Shown: positions 9,233 to 18,310 of the stretch, piece by piece | Layout of the letters: each line of letters starts with the position of its first letter | How positions within the stretch are numbered: the first letter of the stretch is position 1 | NCBI GenBank assembly: GCA_023953695.1 | Contig: JAMLJG010000010.1 | Coordinates: forward strand, 3,069-67,068 | Length of the DNA: 64,000 nt | From: Kiritimatiellia bacterium | GTDB taxonomy: Bacteria > Verrucomicrobiota > Kiritimatiellia > CAIVKH01 | Direction of reading: 5' to 3' | Translations under genes and position numbers: made by a program | Notes under the pieces: model-generated | What the model was told of the DNA's origin: nothing | The model's input: the letters and a program-made list of their open reading frames with translations, nothing else | Database searches by the model: none

Positions 9233-10939
9233 CTAAACCAGCCAGCGACACTGGTATGGCGCGAGGGTTGCGAGCGAGTGGGAGCGAGGGTTCAACAAAT
9301 CGCGCGCGGCGGATTTCACCTCCGGCAGCACGACCTCTATCGGCGCGTCGGTCAGGTTGTGCAATGCGAGAACAGTCGCGCCACTCGCCGCTGTCCGGCG
9401 CAGCGCGATGCAACCCGCAGCGGCCTCCAACACGGCCTGCGCCGCATCGGGATGAAAGGCCGCGCACGAGGCGCGGATTTTCAGCCGACGCCGCAACTCG
9501 TCGAAAATCTTCCGCTCGCGCCCGTCCGAGATGTGGAACAGCGAATCCAGCTCGGCCCGCACCCATTTCTTGCGATTCAGCGAGCGCGCGCGACCCGTGA
9601 CCTTAAAGCCCGCTTCGTCGTTGCTCGCCCCCATCAGACTCTGAAAATAGACAGCCGGAATCCCCTGCAGCGCCAGCGGCAGCGTCTGCGAGCAGAGAAA
9701 ACGCTCGATATCCAACGCCTCATCCCCGCCCTCAGCCAGCGCGCTGAAATAGGTGATGTTCAACTCGTACGGAACATCGCGCCCCTCTTCCGTTCGGCGC
9801 GTGGAGACCTGCCCGCCGCGCGCGAGCGTTCGCGCCACGAGCGCTTCAACCTCCGCATCCGGCAGAATGCCCTGCAGCGGGCGCACGCCAATCCCATCGT
9901 GCGATGCGGTGAAGTTGAAATAGGTGCAACCCGCGGGCGGCGCGGAGAGCGCGCGCAGCCACTCATGGAGATAGCGCCCATTGCCCGTCTGCAAGGCATG
10001 CAGCAGCAGCGGCGGCAGACTGAATTGATAGACCATATGCGCTTCGTCGCCATCGCCGAAATAGCGAATATTCTCCTCATGCGGCACATTGGTCTCGGTC
10101 AGGAGCAGAACGTTGGGCGCAACCAGTTCCAACACGTCGCGGAACAACTTCACAACTTCGTGCGTCTCGGGTTGATGAATGCACGAGGTCCCAATGCGCT
10201 TCCACAAATAGGCAATTGCATCGAGCCGAATCACGCGGGCGCCGCGAGCGATGTAGCCGAACAGAATGTCGAGCATCTCAAACAGCACATCCGGATTGGC
10301 GAAATTGAGATCGAGCTGGTCATCGCTGAATGTGGCCCACAACCACCGGCTCTGCCCGGATCGCTTCACCTCCGCCAGCAGCGGCAAACTGCGCGGCCGC
10401 ACCACCGCAGAAAGATCGGCATGCGGATCCGTTTCGATGAAATAGTCTCGATAGGGCGCGTCGCCTTCGTAGTAAGACTGAAACCATCGGCTCTTCCGCG
10501 AGACGTGGTTGAGCACGAGGTCGAACATCAGGTCAAAGCGCGTGCCCAACGCCTGTACATCCTCCCAGTTCCCAAGCTCGGGATTCACCGAGCGATAGTC
10601 CATCACCGAAAACCCGTCGTCGGAGGAATAGGGATAGAAGGGAAGAAGATGAATCGTCGTGAATGCGTCGGCGAGGAACTCGTCTGCGAATCGCCTCAAA
10701 GAGGACAGCGGATGCACATCGCCCTCGTGCAAAGAATCGCCATAGGTGATCAGCACGGAATCGCGTTCGCTCCAGCGCTCCGCGCTATCGCTTTCCTCCA
10801 ACACGCCCGCGCCAACACCATAGCGACCGAACATCGAAGAGAGCCGATCCAGCAGGCGCGTGGCGTTCCCCTCTCCATACAGTCGTGCCAGCCGCCCGCG
10901 CAGGCGACCTCGCATTCGGGGTGTCATCCAAGCGCCCAT
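9233..10939 (-). CDS. GH13_18 sucrose-phosphorylase-like sugar phosphorylase (candidate glucosylglycerate phosphorylase)
   Basis: Alpha-amylase-family blocks FDLVLNHVS, GARVIRLDAIAYLWK, LLTETNVPHEEN and NFTASHDGIG match sucrose phosphorylase-type enzymes. Its start directly abuts the stop of the upstream GT gene. Confidence 0.8.
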   Translation of the reverse strand: MGAWMTPRMRGRLRGRLARLYGEGNATRLLDRLSSMFGRYGVGAGVLEESDSAERWSERDSVLITYGDSLHEGDVHPLSSLRRFADEFLADAFTTIHLLPFYPYSSDDGFSVMDYRSVNPELGNWEDVQALGTRFDLMFDLVLNHVSRKSRWFQSYYEGDAPYRDYFIETDPHADLSAVVRPRSLPLLAEVKRSGQSRWLWATFSDDQLDLNFANPDVLFEMLDILFGYIARGARVIRLDAIAYLWKRIGTSCIHQPETHEVVKLFRDVLELVAPNVLLLTETNVPHEENIRYFGDGDEAHMVYQFSLPPLLLHALQTGNGRYLHEWLRALSAPPAGCTYFNFTASHDGIGVRPLQGILPDAEVEALVARTLARGGQVSTRRTEEGRDVPYELNITYFSALAEGGDEALDIERFLCSQTLPLALQGIPAVYFQSLMGASNDEAGFKVTGRARSLNRKKWVRAELDSLFHISDGRERKIFDELRRRLKIRASCAAFHPDAAQAVLEAAAGCIALRRTAASGATVLALHNLTDAPIEVVLPEVKSAARDLLNPRSHSLATLAPYQCRWLV

Positions 10940-12205
10940 CTATTGCTCCGGCATTCCCGTGATATTGGTCATCAATGTATGCAGGCTGCGCCGCAAAACG
11001 GAATAGCCATAGTAGCGCGCGGCCACCCTGTAGTTGTGCTCGGTCATTTCCTCGCGATAGGTCCGGGACTCCAACAGCCGCCGAACCTCTTCCACCACGT
11101 GGCGCGACACATAACCATCCATCATCGGACAGCGGAATCCCTTCGGCTCAATGTCGCGCCCGAAGACCCCGTAGCGGTTCACGATGACCGGCACCTTAAA
11201 ATAGATCGCCTCGAGAAACGCGTTGCCGAATCCCTCGTACAAACTCGGGTAGGTGACGAGATCCGCGTGCGGATAGATATCCCACAGGGTAAAGACTTTT
11301 CTCCCCTCGCCGTCCACCAACCGCGCGTCGGACACCTGGGTCGAAACGAATCGCATATCCACCCGAGCCTCGCGCGCCATGTCGGCGAGCATGTTGCGAT
11401 ATTCAAAACCCTCATCGCCCGCTTCGTGCGAAATGATCAACTTGTACTTCGGATCGTTGAGCATCTGCACGAGTTTGATGGCATGCTCAATCCCCTTGCG
11501 CGGGACGATGCGGGTCGGCTGCAGAATAAACACATCGGCGGGCGACAGCCCGAGTTGCGCCCGCACATCGGAAGCATAGGCATCAATCGGCGGCGGCGGC
11601 TTCTCAAACTCGATCACATTCGGAATGAGGGTTGAGGTCAGCCCTTTGCGCCGCGCCAATTCTTCGAGCGCCTCTTGATTGATCACCACATGTTGCAACC
11701 GCGGATCGCGCGGAGGAAATGCCATATCGAGCAGATCGGGGATCGCATTGATGGAAAAGCGTGCGCGCTCCCAATAGAAATCGTGATGGTGCGCAATGGC
11801 GGGCAGCGAGGTCTCGGCCAAAAATTGCGTGATCGCGACGCCAAGCGGAACGTGCATAGGAATCGTCACCGCGTTCTGAATCACCAGCGTGTTGAGTCCG
11901 AAGCGGCGGACGAATTCGTACAGCGTGGTTTTCAAATAGGCCGACAGTTCACTCATCCGTTCGCTAACCAACGGATAGCGCGTCGTGCGCCCCCAGATGT
12001 GGTCATTGATCCAGCGGTTCTCTGAAAATCCGAAGAAGGCTTCCGGAACACAATAGCTGCTCTCGCGCGGGCGATCGAGCAGCCCGGCGAACCAGAAAGA
12101 CTCGTGGCCCATCTCCGCCAGAACATCCGCCCACTTTTGGCTCTCCAGCGAAACGCCATCGGTCCCGGCAAAACGAGTTGAAATAAACCCAATGCGATCC
12201 GCCAT
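10940..12205 (-). CDS. GT-B (GT4-like) glycosyltransferase, possible mannosylglucosyl-3-phosphoglycerate synthase-type enzyme
   Basis: C-terminal GT4 signature YPSLYEGFGNAFLEAIYFKVPVIVNRY. Located in the gpgS cluster. Precise specificity cannot be read from sequence. Confidence 0.65.
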   Translation of the reverse strand: MADRIGFISTRFAGTDGVSLESQKWADVLAEMGHESFWFAGLLDRPRESSYCVPEAFFGFSENRWINDHIWGRTTRYPLVSERMSELSAYLKTTLYEFVRRFGLNTLVIQNAVTIPMHVPLGVAITQFLAETSLPAIAHHHDFYWERARFSINAIPDLLDMAFPPRDPRLQHVVINQEALEELARRKGLTSTLIPNVIEFEKPPPPIDAYASDVRAQLGLSPADVFILQPTRIVPRKGIEHAIKLVQMLNDPKYKLIISHEAGDEGFEYRNMLADMAREARVDMRFVSTQVSDARLVDGEGRKVFTLWDIYPHADLVTYPSLYEGFGNAFLEAIYFKVPVIVNRYGVFGRDIEPKGFRCPMMDGYVSRHVVEEVRRLLESRTYREEMTEHNYRVAARYYGYSVLRRSLHTLMTNITGMPEQ

Positions 12206-12235
12206 GATTAATTCTGATTCTGTGAACCCTTATCG

Positions 12236-12251
12236 TGGACACCGCTCTGCA
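12236..12251 (+). promoter_or_regulatory. weak sigma-54-like -24/-12 element TGGACACCGCTCTGCA
   Basis: GG-N10-GC spacing is correct and the -12 half CTGCA is close to TTGCW, but the -24 half TGGACA is poor. It sits 51 nt upstream of the 12302 start codon. Confidence 0.2.
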
Positions 12252-12301
12252 TGCAGCTTTAGAATACGCTCTGACACACCCCCCGGACAATTCATTAAAG
12301 A

Positions 12302-13489
12302 ATGACACATCGAGAAAACCATATTCGCGCAAGGGATCAACTGATTCGCGAATTGCCCGACCGAGTTCATGCCGCCGAGTCGCTGCGTGAACAGTTCCTC
12401 GCGCACCTCGTGCTCGCTGGCGAGATTCCCGCGCCCACCTTCAGCGAGTCCAATCGCGTGGATACGCTCCTGATGCGCTGGAGCGAGGGAGGCTTGCTGA
12501 ACTGCTCGCGCGACGGGATGGGCAACGGGGTCGCGCTGCGGCCCGGTACCGACGGGGCACAAACCATCCTCATCGTGGCTCGTGCCGACACCGCCCTCGA
12601 TGAATCTGTGGACCATGCGCTCACGGTGCAACCCGATTGCGTTTCTGGCGTCGGCGTCGCGGAAAACACCATCTCCCTCGCCGCACTGGCCACACTGCCC
12701 ACGCTGCTGGATCTGCTGAACATTCGCCTCAAAGCCAACCTCGTTTTCCTCGCAGCCAGTCGAAGTGTCGGGCGCGGCAACCTCGAAGGACTCCGCTATT
12801 TTCTGGCCAATAATGCAATACCCATCCACTTCGGCATCTGCCTCGAAGGTGCGCCGCTCGGTCTGTTGAGCTATCGCTCCATCGGAATGCTGCGCGGCGA
12901 AATTCACTGCCGAATGCCCAGCGACTACCAGTGGGCAAACCTCGGCGCAGCAGGTGCAGTGCTGACGATCAATCAGGTCATCAACCGCATCGCGGCCATC
13001 CCGTTGCCGCGGCGACCGGCGACTTCCATCGTCCTCGGATCGCTCGAAGCCGGGCACACCTATGACCACTACGCGCGGCAGGCCCTGCTGCGCTTCGAAG
13101 TGCGCTGCGAATCGGCGCTACAGGCGCAGCAGATCAGCGAACAACTCGCAGATATCGTCGCTGAAGTCCGCGCGCAGTCGGGCGCTCATGTGGACCTGGA
13201 CATCTTCGCCCAACGCGAGCCCGGCGGCATCTCCATCAGCCATCCTTTTGTCCGCGTCGCGCGACATGTTGTCGAAGCGCTCGGAGTCCCGCTGCAAATT
13301 GCGCCGAGCACCACCGAACTCGCCGCGCTCATCGACCGCAAGATTCCTGCGCTTACCATTGGACTCACGCGCGGAGAAAGCCTCGATGACGAACGCGAGA
13401 AGGCCGAAATCCGCCCCATTTATCAGGGCATGGCTCAACTGGCGACGCTGCTGCTCGCCATAGACGGAGGATTGTGTGATGAAGTTTAG
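12302..13489 (+). CDS. M20 peptidase-like protein with apparently degenerate metal/catalytic motifs
   Basis: Overall ArgE/DapE/dipeptidase-like layout, but the by-eye motif positions read VARADT (usual H-x-D), GVGVAENT (usual G-x-G-x-x-D) and AASRSVG (usual EE). Overlaps the gpgS start. Confidence 0.55.
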   Translation: MTHRENHIRARDQLIRELPDRVHAAESLREQFLAHLVLAGEIPAPTFSESNRVDTLLMRWSEGGLLNCSRDGMGNGVALRPGTDGAQTILIVARADTALDESVDHALTVQPDCVSGVGVAENTISLAALATLPTLLDLLNIRLKANLVFLAASRSVGRGNLEGLRYFLANNAIPIHFGICLEGAPLGLLSYRSIGMLRGEIHCRMPSDYQWANLGAAGAVLTINQVINRIAAIPLPRRPATSIVLGSLEAGHTYDHYARQALLRFEVRCESALQAQQISEQLADIVAEVRAQSGAHVDLDIFAQREPGGISISHPFVRVARHVVEALGVPLQIAPSTTELAALIDRKIPALTIGLTRGESLDDEREKAEIRPIYQGMAQLATLLLAIDGGLCDEV

Positions 13490-14504
13490 CCCTCCCTCGC
13501 CACACAATACGCGCGACATTGCCGCGCACATCAGCAGTTGGCTCAGCAGCCACACCTTCCACCATTCGCAGTTCGCGGATGTGCGCAAATTGGTCGAAGC
13601 AAAGCAAAGGCAGCGGCTGACCGTATCGCTCTGCATCCCGACGCTGAACGAGGAAAAAACCATCGGTAAAGAAATCGTCGTCTTCAAAGGCGAGCTGATG
13701 GAACGACATCCGCTCCTCGATGAAATCGCCGTGATTGATTCCGGCTCGACGGACAAGACACGCGAGGTCGCCGCTGAGTTTGGCGCCGACGTCTATCTCT
13801 CTTCCGCAATCTTGCCCGAGTTGGGCGAGAAGCGCGGCAAGGGCGAGAATCTCTGGAAGGCGATCCACCAGCTCAAGGGCGATGTGATCGTCTATATTGA
13901 CGCCGACATCACCAACATCCACCCGCGCTTCGTCTACGGCCTGCTCGGGCCGCTGCTCATCCGACCGGAGATTCAATACGTGAAGGCATTCTACGATCGT
14001 CCGCTCGTCGTCGCCCCCGGCGTGCGAACGGCGGGTGGCGGGCGCGTGACGGAGATTTTGGTTCGCCCACTCTTCTCTCTCTTCTTCCCGGAGTTGACCG
14101 CGCTGATCCAACCGCTCTCCGGCGAATATGCCGTGCGCCGCACGTTGCTCGAAACGCTGCCCTTCCCCATCGGATACGGCGTTGAAACCTCGCACCTGAT
14201 AGATATCTACCACCGGTGGGGACTCGATGCGATCGCGCAGACCGACCTCGATCAACGCGTGCACCGGAATCAGCCCACGGTAGACCTCGGGCGCATGGCC
14301 TTTGGCATTCAACGCGCCTTTTTTGCGCGACTGAAGTCGCTCGGCCTCATCAAGAGCCTGCCCGACTTGAGCACCATACTGCACCAGTTCCAGTCGCGCG
14401 ACGGAAGCTACGAAGAGATCGAACACGCGATTCGCGAAGAAGAGCGCCCACCAATGATCACCGTTCCCGCCTATCGCAAAAAGTACGGGCTCCCGGAAAA
14501 ATAG
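13479..14504 (+). CDS. gpgS: glucosyl-3-phosphoglycerate synthase (GT81)
   Basis: GT-A core SLCIPTLNEEKTIG...IAVIDSGSTD...VIVYIDADI typical of GpgS. GGAGG lies 8 nt upstream of the ATG at 13479 (track start 13476 is GTG). Confidence 0.8.
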   Translation: MKFSPPSPHNTRDIAAHISSWLSSHTFHHSQFADVRKLVEAKQRQRLTVSLCIPTLNEEKTIGKEIVVFKGELMERHPLLDEIAVIDSGSTDKTREVAAEFGADVYLSSAILPELGEKRGKGENLWKAIHQLKGDVIVYIDADITNIHPRFVYGLLGPLLIRPEIQYVKAFYDRPLVVAPGVRTAGGGRVTEILVRPLFSLFFPELTALIQPLSGEYAVRRTLLETLPFPIGYGVETSHLIDIYHRWGLDAIAQTDLDQRVHRNQPTVDLGRMAFGIQRAFFARLKSLGLIKSLPDLSTILHQFQSRDGSYEEIEHAIREEERPPMITVPAYRKKYGLPEK

Positions 14505-14508
14505 CGGG

Positions 14509-14545
14509 CGCCTGACGCGCGACATCGGATCAGGCGAGATTTTTT
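14509..14545 (+). terminator. possible intrinsic terminator after gpgS
   Basis: 7-bp stem CGCCTGA/TCAGGCG with a 14-nt loop, followed by AGATTTTTT. The loop is larger than ideal. Confidence 0.35.
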
Positions 14546-14580
14546 CTGCACCTTTCCACCGTCGCGCGTTAGCATGAGCT

Positions 14581-15999
14581 ATGCGAATCGCCATTCTGCA
14601 CTATCACCTGCGCCCCGGCGGCGTCACCCGCGTCATTGAAAACGCACGCCTCGCGCTCGCCGCCGGCCGCGATATCCACATCGCGACGATTGCCGGAAGC
14701 GAGGGCGCGGATGCGCTCGTGCCAGAACTCGACTACGCCCCGACGCCAGCCGACGTGGACGTCGGCACCCTGGCCTCGCGATTGGAGGTCGCCGCGCAGC
14801 GTGCGCTGGGCGGCGCGCCCGACCTCTGGCATATTCACAACCATAGCCTCGGTCGTCACCCGATCGCGACCGCCGCATTCGCCGAACTCGCTCGGCGCGG
14901 TCACCGCCTGCTGCTTCAGATTCACGATTTCGCGGAAGATGGTCGCCCTGAAAACTATCGCTCGCTTCGCGAGCGCTGGGGCCACGACCTGCCTCGCGTC
15001 CTCTACCCCGCCGCATCACACGTTCACTATGCCACCCTGAATCCACGCGATCGCCACGCACTCGCTCAAGCCGGTGTGCCCGATTCGCAGTTGCACGATT
15101 TGCCCAACCCTGCGGCGCCGCCACCCGGCGGAGCGCCAGAGGCGAACGCCCGCGCATCGCTGATTCTCTACCCCACGCGCGCGCTCCGCCGAAAAAATGT
15201 CGGCGAGTTCTTGCTGTGGGCCGCCCTCGAACGAGATGGCCATTCCTTCGCGCTCACCCTCGCCCCCACATCGCCCGCCGACCTCGCGCCCTACACCCGA
15301 TGGAAAGCCTTTGCGAATCGCCTCAATCTCCCCGTTGCATTCGAGGCGGGCTTGCAGCCCAACGCCACCCTTCCAGACCTGCTCGCGCAGAGCGCGGCCG
15401 TCGCCACCACGAGTATCGCAGAAGGATTCGGCCTTTCATTCATTGAGCCTTGGCTGGCAAATCGCTCGCTCGTCGGACGCGCATTGCCCGAAATCACCGC
15501 CGATCTCGTCGCCGGTGGACTGCAAATGGATGACCTGTACGAACGGCTTGATATCCCGCTCGCATGGATCGGCGCCGACCGACTCCGCGCGCGCATTCAA
15601 ACCGCGCTTCAACACCTGGCCTCTTCATACGATGAGCCACTCGCGCTCGAATCCGTCGAAAAGGCATGGCAGGCCTTCGTCCACAACAGCCGAGTTGACT
15701 TCGGCCGATTGGACGAACCCCTCCAACAAGAAGTGATCGAACGCCTCCATCGCGATTCCAGATCGCGCGATGAAATACTCCCCTCGAATCTCCTTCCTCT
15801 TGGCGAGTCCGATCGCCGAGTCGAAAATCGCGCTGTTGTGAAACGGCTCTCCTCCCTTCCGAGCTACGCGGATCGCCTCACATCCGCCTATCATTCCGTC
15901 GCCCATTCAGCCACGGGCGCAGTGGCCGCACACGATGCCGCCTCCATTCGCCACTTTTTCCTCGATCCTCAACGTCTATTTCTCCTGCGAGCAGACTAA
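14581..15999 (+). CDS. GT-B glycosyltransferase (second GT of the compatible-solute cluster)
   Basis: N-terminus MRIAILHYHLRPGGVTRVIEN and C-terminal TSIAEGFGLSFIEPWLANRSLVG resemble GT4-type retaining glycosyltransferases. Confidence 0.6.
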   Translation: MRIAILHYHLRPGGVTRVIENARLALAAGRDIHIATIAGSEGADALVPELDYAPTPADVDVGTLASRLEVAAQRALGGAPDLWHIHNHSLGRHPIATAAFAELARRGHRLLLQIHDFAEDGRPENYRSLRERWGHDLPRVLYPAASHVHYATLNPRDRHALAQAGVPDSQLHDLPNPAAPPPGGAPEANARASLILYPTRALRRKNVGEFLLWAALERDGHSFALTLAPTSPADLAPYTRWKAFANRLNLPVAFEAGLQPNATLPDLLAQSAAVATTSIAEGFGLSFIEPWLANRSLVGRALPEITADLVAGGLQMDDLYERLDIPLAWIGADRLRARIQTALQHLASSYDEPLALESVEKAWQAFVHNSRVDFGRLDEPLQQEVIERLHRDSRSRDEILPSNLLPLGESDRRVENRAVVKRLSSLPSYADRLTSAYHSVAHSATGAVAAHDAASIRHFFLDPQRLFLLRAD

Positions 16000-16877
16000 T
16001 GTCCTTCACCGAAGCCCAACGCACCGATTTGATCAACCGCATCCGACGCCTCAGCGCGCCACTCGCCCCGCGCCCAACGGGCATTGCCCCCACGGGCGCA
16101 TGGCCCCGAAACCTGCGCGCCGTGATCTTCGACATATACGGTACGCTGTTCGTTTCCGGCGCAGGCGATATCGGCATAACAGAATCCGGCACGGAACCCC
16201 TCTACCGTGAAGCCGCAGTAGCGGCGGGCCTTTCACTTGATGACTCCGCCGCAGCGAAACTCGGCGCCGCCTTCCGCGAAGAGGTCAAACGCCAACACGC
16301 CATCCGCCGCGCGGCCGGATCCACTCACCCCGAAGTGGATGTGCGCCAGATATGGCGGGCAGTCCTCGATGCGGCAATCAGCACAGCGAGCGCCTCCGAC
16401 GAAACCATCCTCCGGTTCGCCGTAGAGGTGGAATGCCGACTCAATCCCGTTTGGCCCATGCCCGGCGCCCTCGCTGCGATCCAACGCCTTCGCGCACAAG
16501 GACTCCACCTCGGCATCGTCTCCAACGCGCAATGCTTCACCCCGCTACTCTTCGACGCGCTACTCGAACAATCCATCGAAAACCTCGGCTTCACCCCGCG
16601 CTATTGCGTGTGGTCGTGGAGGGAAGGCGAAGCAAAACCCGCCCCTGCATTACTCGGGAAAGTGCTGAACGCACTCGCGGAAGACCACGGGATCACCCCC
16701 GGCGACGTCGCCTTCGTCGGCAATGATATGCTCAATGATGTCCTGCCCGCCGCCCAAGCCGGCTGCGCCACCGCGCTCTTCGCAGGCGACGCGCGATCAC
16801 TGCGAATGCGGGAACATGACCCTCGCTGCGCCAACCTCCACCCCACTCGCATCCTCACACACTTCGACCAGGCATAA
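15999..16877 (+). CDS. HAD-superfamily hydrolase (motif I is DxYGT, not DxDGT)
   Basis: Motif I VIFDIYGTLF, motif II IVSNA, motif IV FVGNDMLNDV. 1-nt TAATG overlap with the upstream GT gene. Confidence 0.7.
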   Translation: MSFTEAQRTDLINRIRRLSAPLAPRPTGIAPTGAWPRNLRAVIFDIYGTLFVSGAGDIGITESGTEPLYREAAVAAGLSLDDSAAAKLGAAFREEVKRQHAIRRAAGSTHPEVDVRQIWRAVLDAAISTASASDETILRFAVEVECRLNPVWPMPGALAAIQRLRAQGLHLGIVSNAQCFTPLLFDALLEQSIENLGFTPRYCVWSWREGEAKPAPALLGKVLNALAEDHGITPGDVAFVGNDMLNDVLPAAQAGCATALFAGDARSLRMREHDPRCANLHPTRILTHFDQA

Positions 16878-16949
16878 CGGTTCCTTCCAGTCGTGCTTGC
16901 CTCCGAAGACGCGGATGTATACACACGGGCGCGTACCTGGAGGCGCTTT

Positions 16950-17693
16950 ATGCACGGACCGGTTGACGGCAACTTCTTTCTGGCACTCGTGACACTCACC
17001 CTGCTCGAAATCGTGCTGGGGATAGACAACATTATTTTCGTGGCCATTCTCGCCGGCAAACTGCCCGCAGCTCTGCAGCAGAAGGCGCGTGTCATCGGCC
17101 TGACATTGGCGATGTTCATGCGAATCGCACTGCTCTTTTCACTAACGCTCTTGATGAAGTTGACCACGCCCATCTTCACCGTGCTCTCCAACGAACTGTC
17201 GGGTCGCGATTTGATTCTCATCGCGGGCGGGCTCTTCCTACTCGCCAAGAGTACGGTCGAAATCCACGACAATCTGGAAGGCGAAAAGCACGGCGCCGAC
17301 CCAAAGCTGAAAAGTACGTTCGGCGGCGTGCTGGGCCAGATCGTCGCCATGGACCTGATCTTCTCGCTCGATTCGGTTATCACCGCCGTCGGAATGACCA
17401 ATCACCTCGGCATCATGATTGCCGCCATTGTCATCGCGATTGTCCTCATGATGGTGTTTGCCCAGTCCGTCGGCCACTTCATCGAACGACACCCCACCGT
17501 GAAAATGCTCGCCCTCAGTTTTCTTCTCCTCATAGGCGTGTCACTCGTCAGCGAGGGGCTCGATTTTCACGTCCCCAAGGGCTACATCTATTTCGCCATG
17601 TTCTTCTCGATCTTTGTCGAAATGTTGAACGTGCGCGTGCATCGGAATCGCGCCCAAACCGCCAGCTCAGGGAAAGTGGCGGCGGCGGAATAA
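16950..17693 (+). CDS. TerC family integral membrane protein
   Basis: LEIVLGIDNIIFVAILA and FSLDSVITAVGMT repeats are typical of TerC/Alx. GGAGG lies 6 nt upstream of the ATG at 16950 (track start 16893 is probably an extension). Confidence 0.85.
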   Translation: MHGPVDGNFFLALVTLTLLEIVLGIDNIIFVAILAGKLPAALQQKARVIGLTLAMFMRIALLFSLTLLMKLTTPIFTVLSNELSGRDLILIAGGLFLLAKSTVEIHDNLEGEKHGADPKLKSTFGGVLGQIVAMDLIFSLDSVITAVGMTNHLGIMIAAIVIAIVLMMVFAQSVGHFIERHPTVKMLALSFLLLIGVSLVSEGLDFHVPKGYIYFAMFFSIFVEMLNVRVHRNRAQTASSGKVAAAE

Positions 17694-17765
17694 CAGCAAC
17701 CGCGCCCAACCCGCGTTCGCAAATCTTCTTGAAACGCGCCGGGCGCCCGCCATAGTACCTCTACT

Positions 17766-18266
17766 ATGAATATTGAACAGGGCGGCAGCAGTTCGGGTTC
17801 CAGCATCACCATCGGCCTCGCCATAATCGCAATCGCACTCGGTGGCGTAGGTCTCTATTTGGGCATCTCCGGGCGCGGGCAGGAAAACGCGCAGAACAAT
17901 CGCATTTCAGAGCTTGAGCAACAGGTCGAACGCCTCGGTGGAGCGAGCGAAGAACTCACCGGCCAGATTCGCGGCCTGCACAGCTCCACGCGCAGCGCGC
18001 TCCAGGAAGTCAGCGCCCAAATGAACCAACTCCGCGAGGACCTTTCTACGCGCGCACCCGCAGCCGCTTCCTCCGCGCCAGCCGCTTCTCCCGCATCCTC
18101 GTCGGCGCCCGCACAAGCCAGCGGCAAGACCTATGTCATTCGCTCAGGCGATGTCCTCGGAAAAGTCGCAAAACAGCAGGGCACGACAACCGACGCCATT
18201 TTGAAGGCGAACCCCGGCCTCAACGCCAACCGCCTCAAAGTCGGGCAGACCATCAACCTGCCCTGA
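17766..18266 (+). CDS. membrane-anchored coiled-coil protein with C-terminal LysM domain
   Basis: TM segment ITIGLAIIAIALGGVGLYLGI, an Ala/Ser/Pro linker, and LysM YVIRSGDVLGKVAKQQGTTTDAILKANPGLNANRLKVGQTINLP. Confidence 0.8.
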   Translation: MNIEQGGSSSGSSITIGLAIIAIALGGVGLYLGISGRGQENAQNNRISELEQQVERLGGASEELTGQIRGLHSSTRSALQEVSAQMNQLREDLSTRAPAAASSAPAASPASSSAPAQASGKTYVIRSGDVLGKVAKQQGTTTDAILKANPGLNANRLKVGQTINLP

Positions 18267-18310
18267 AACAACCCGCGCCCCTCTCGTTCAACCCTCTCGC
18301 GCGCTCGCGC

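Noticed and set aside
6847-9600. 917-aa plus-strand ORF
   Set aside because: It is antisense to priA and the start of the GH13 gene. It shows the same Arg/His-rich shadow-ORF composition and has no recognisable motifs.
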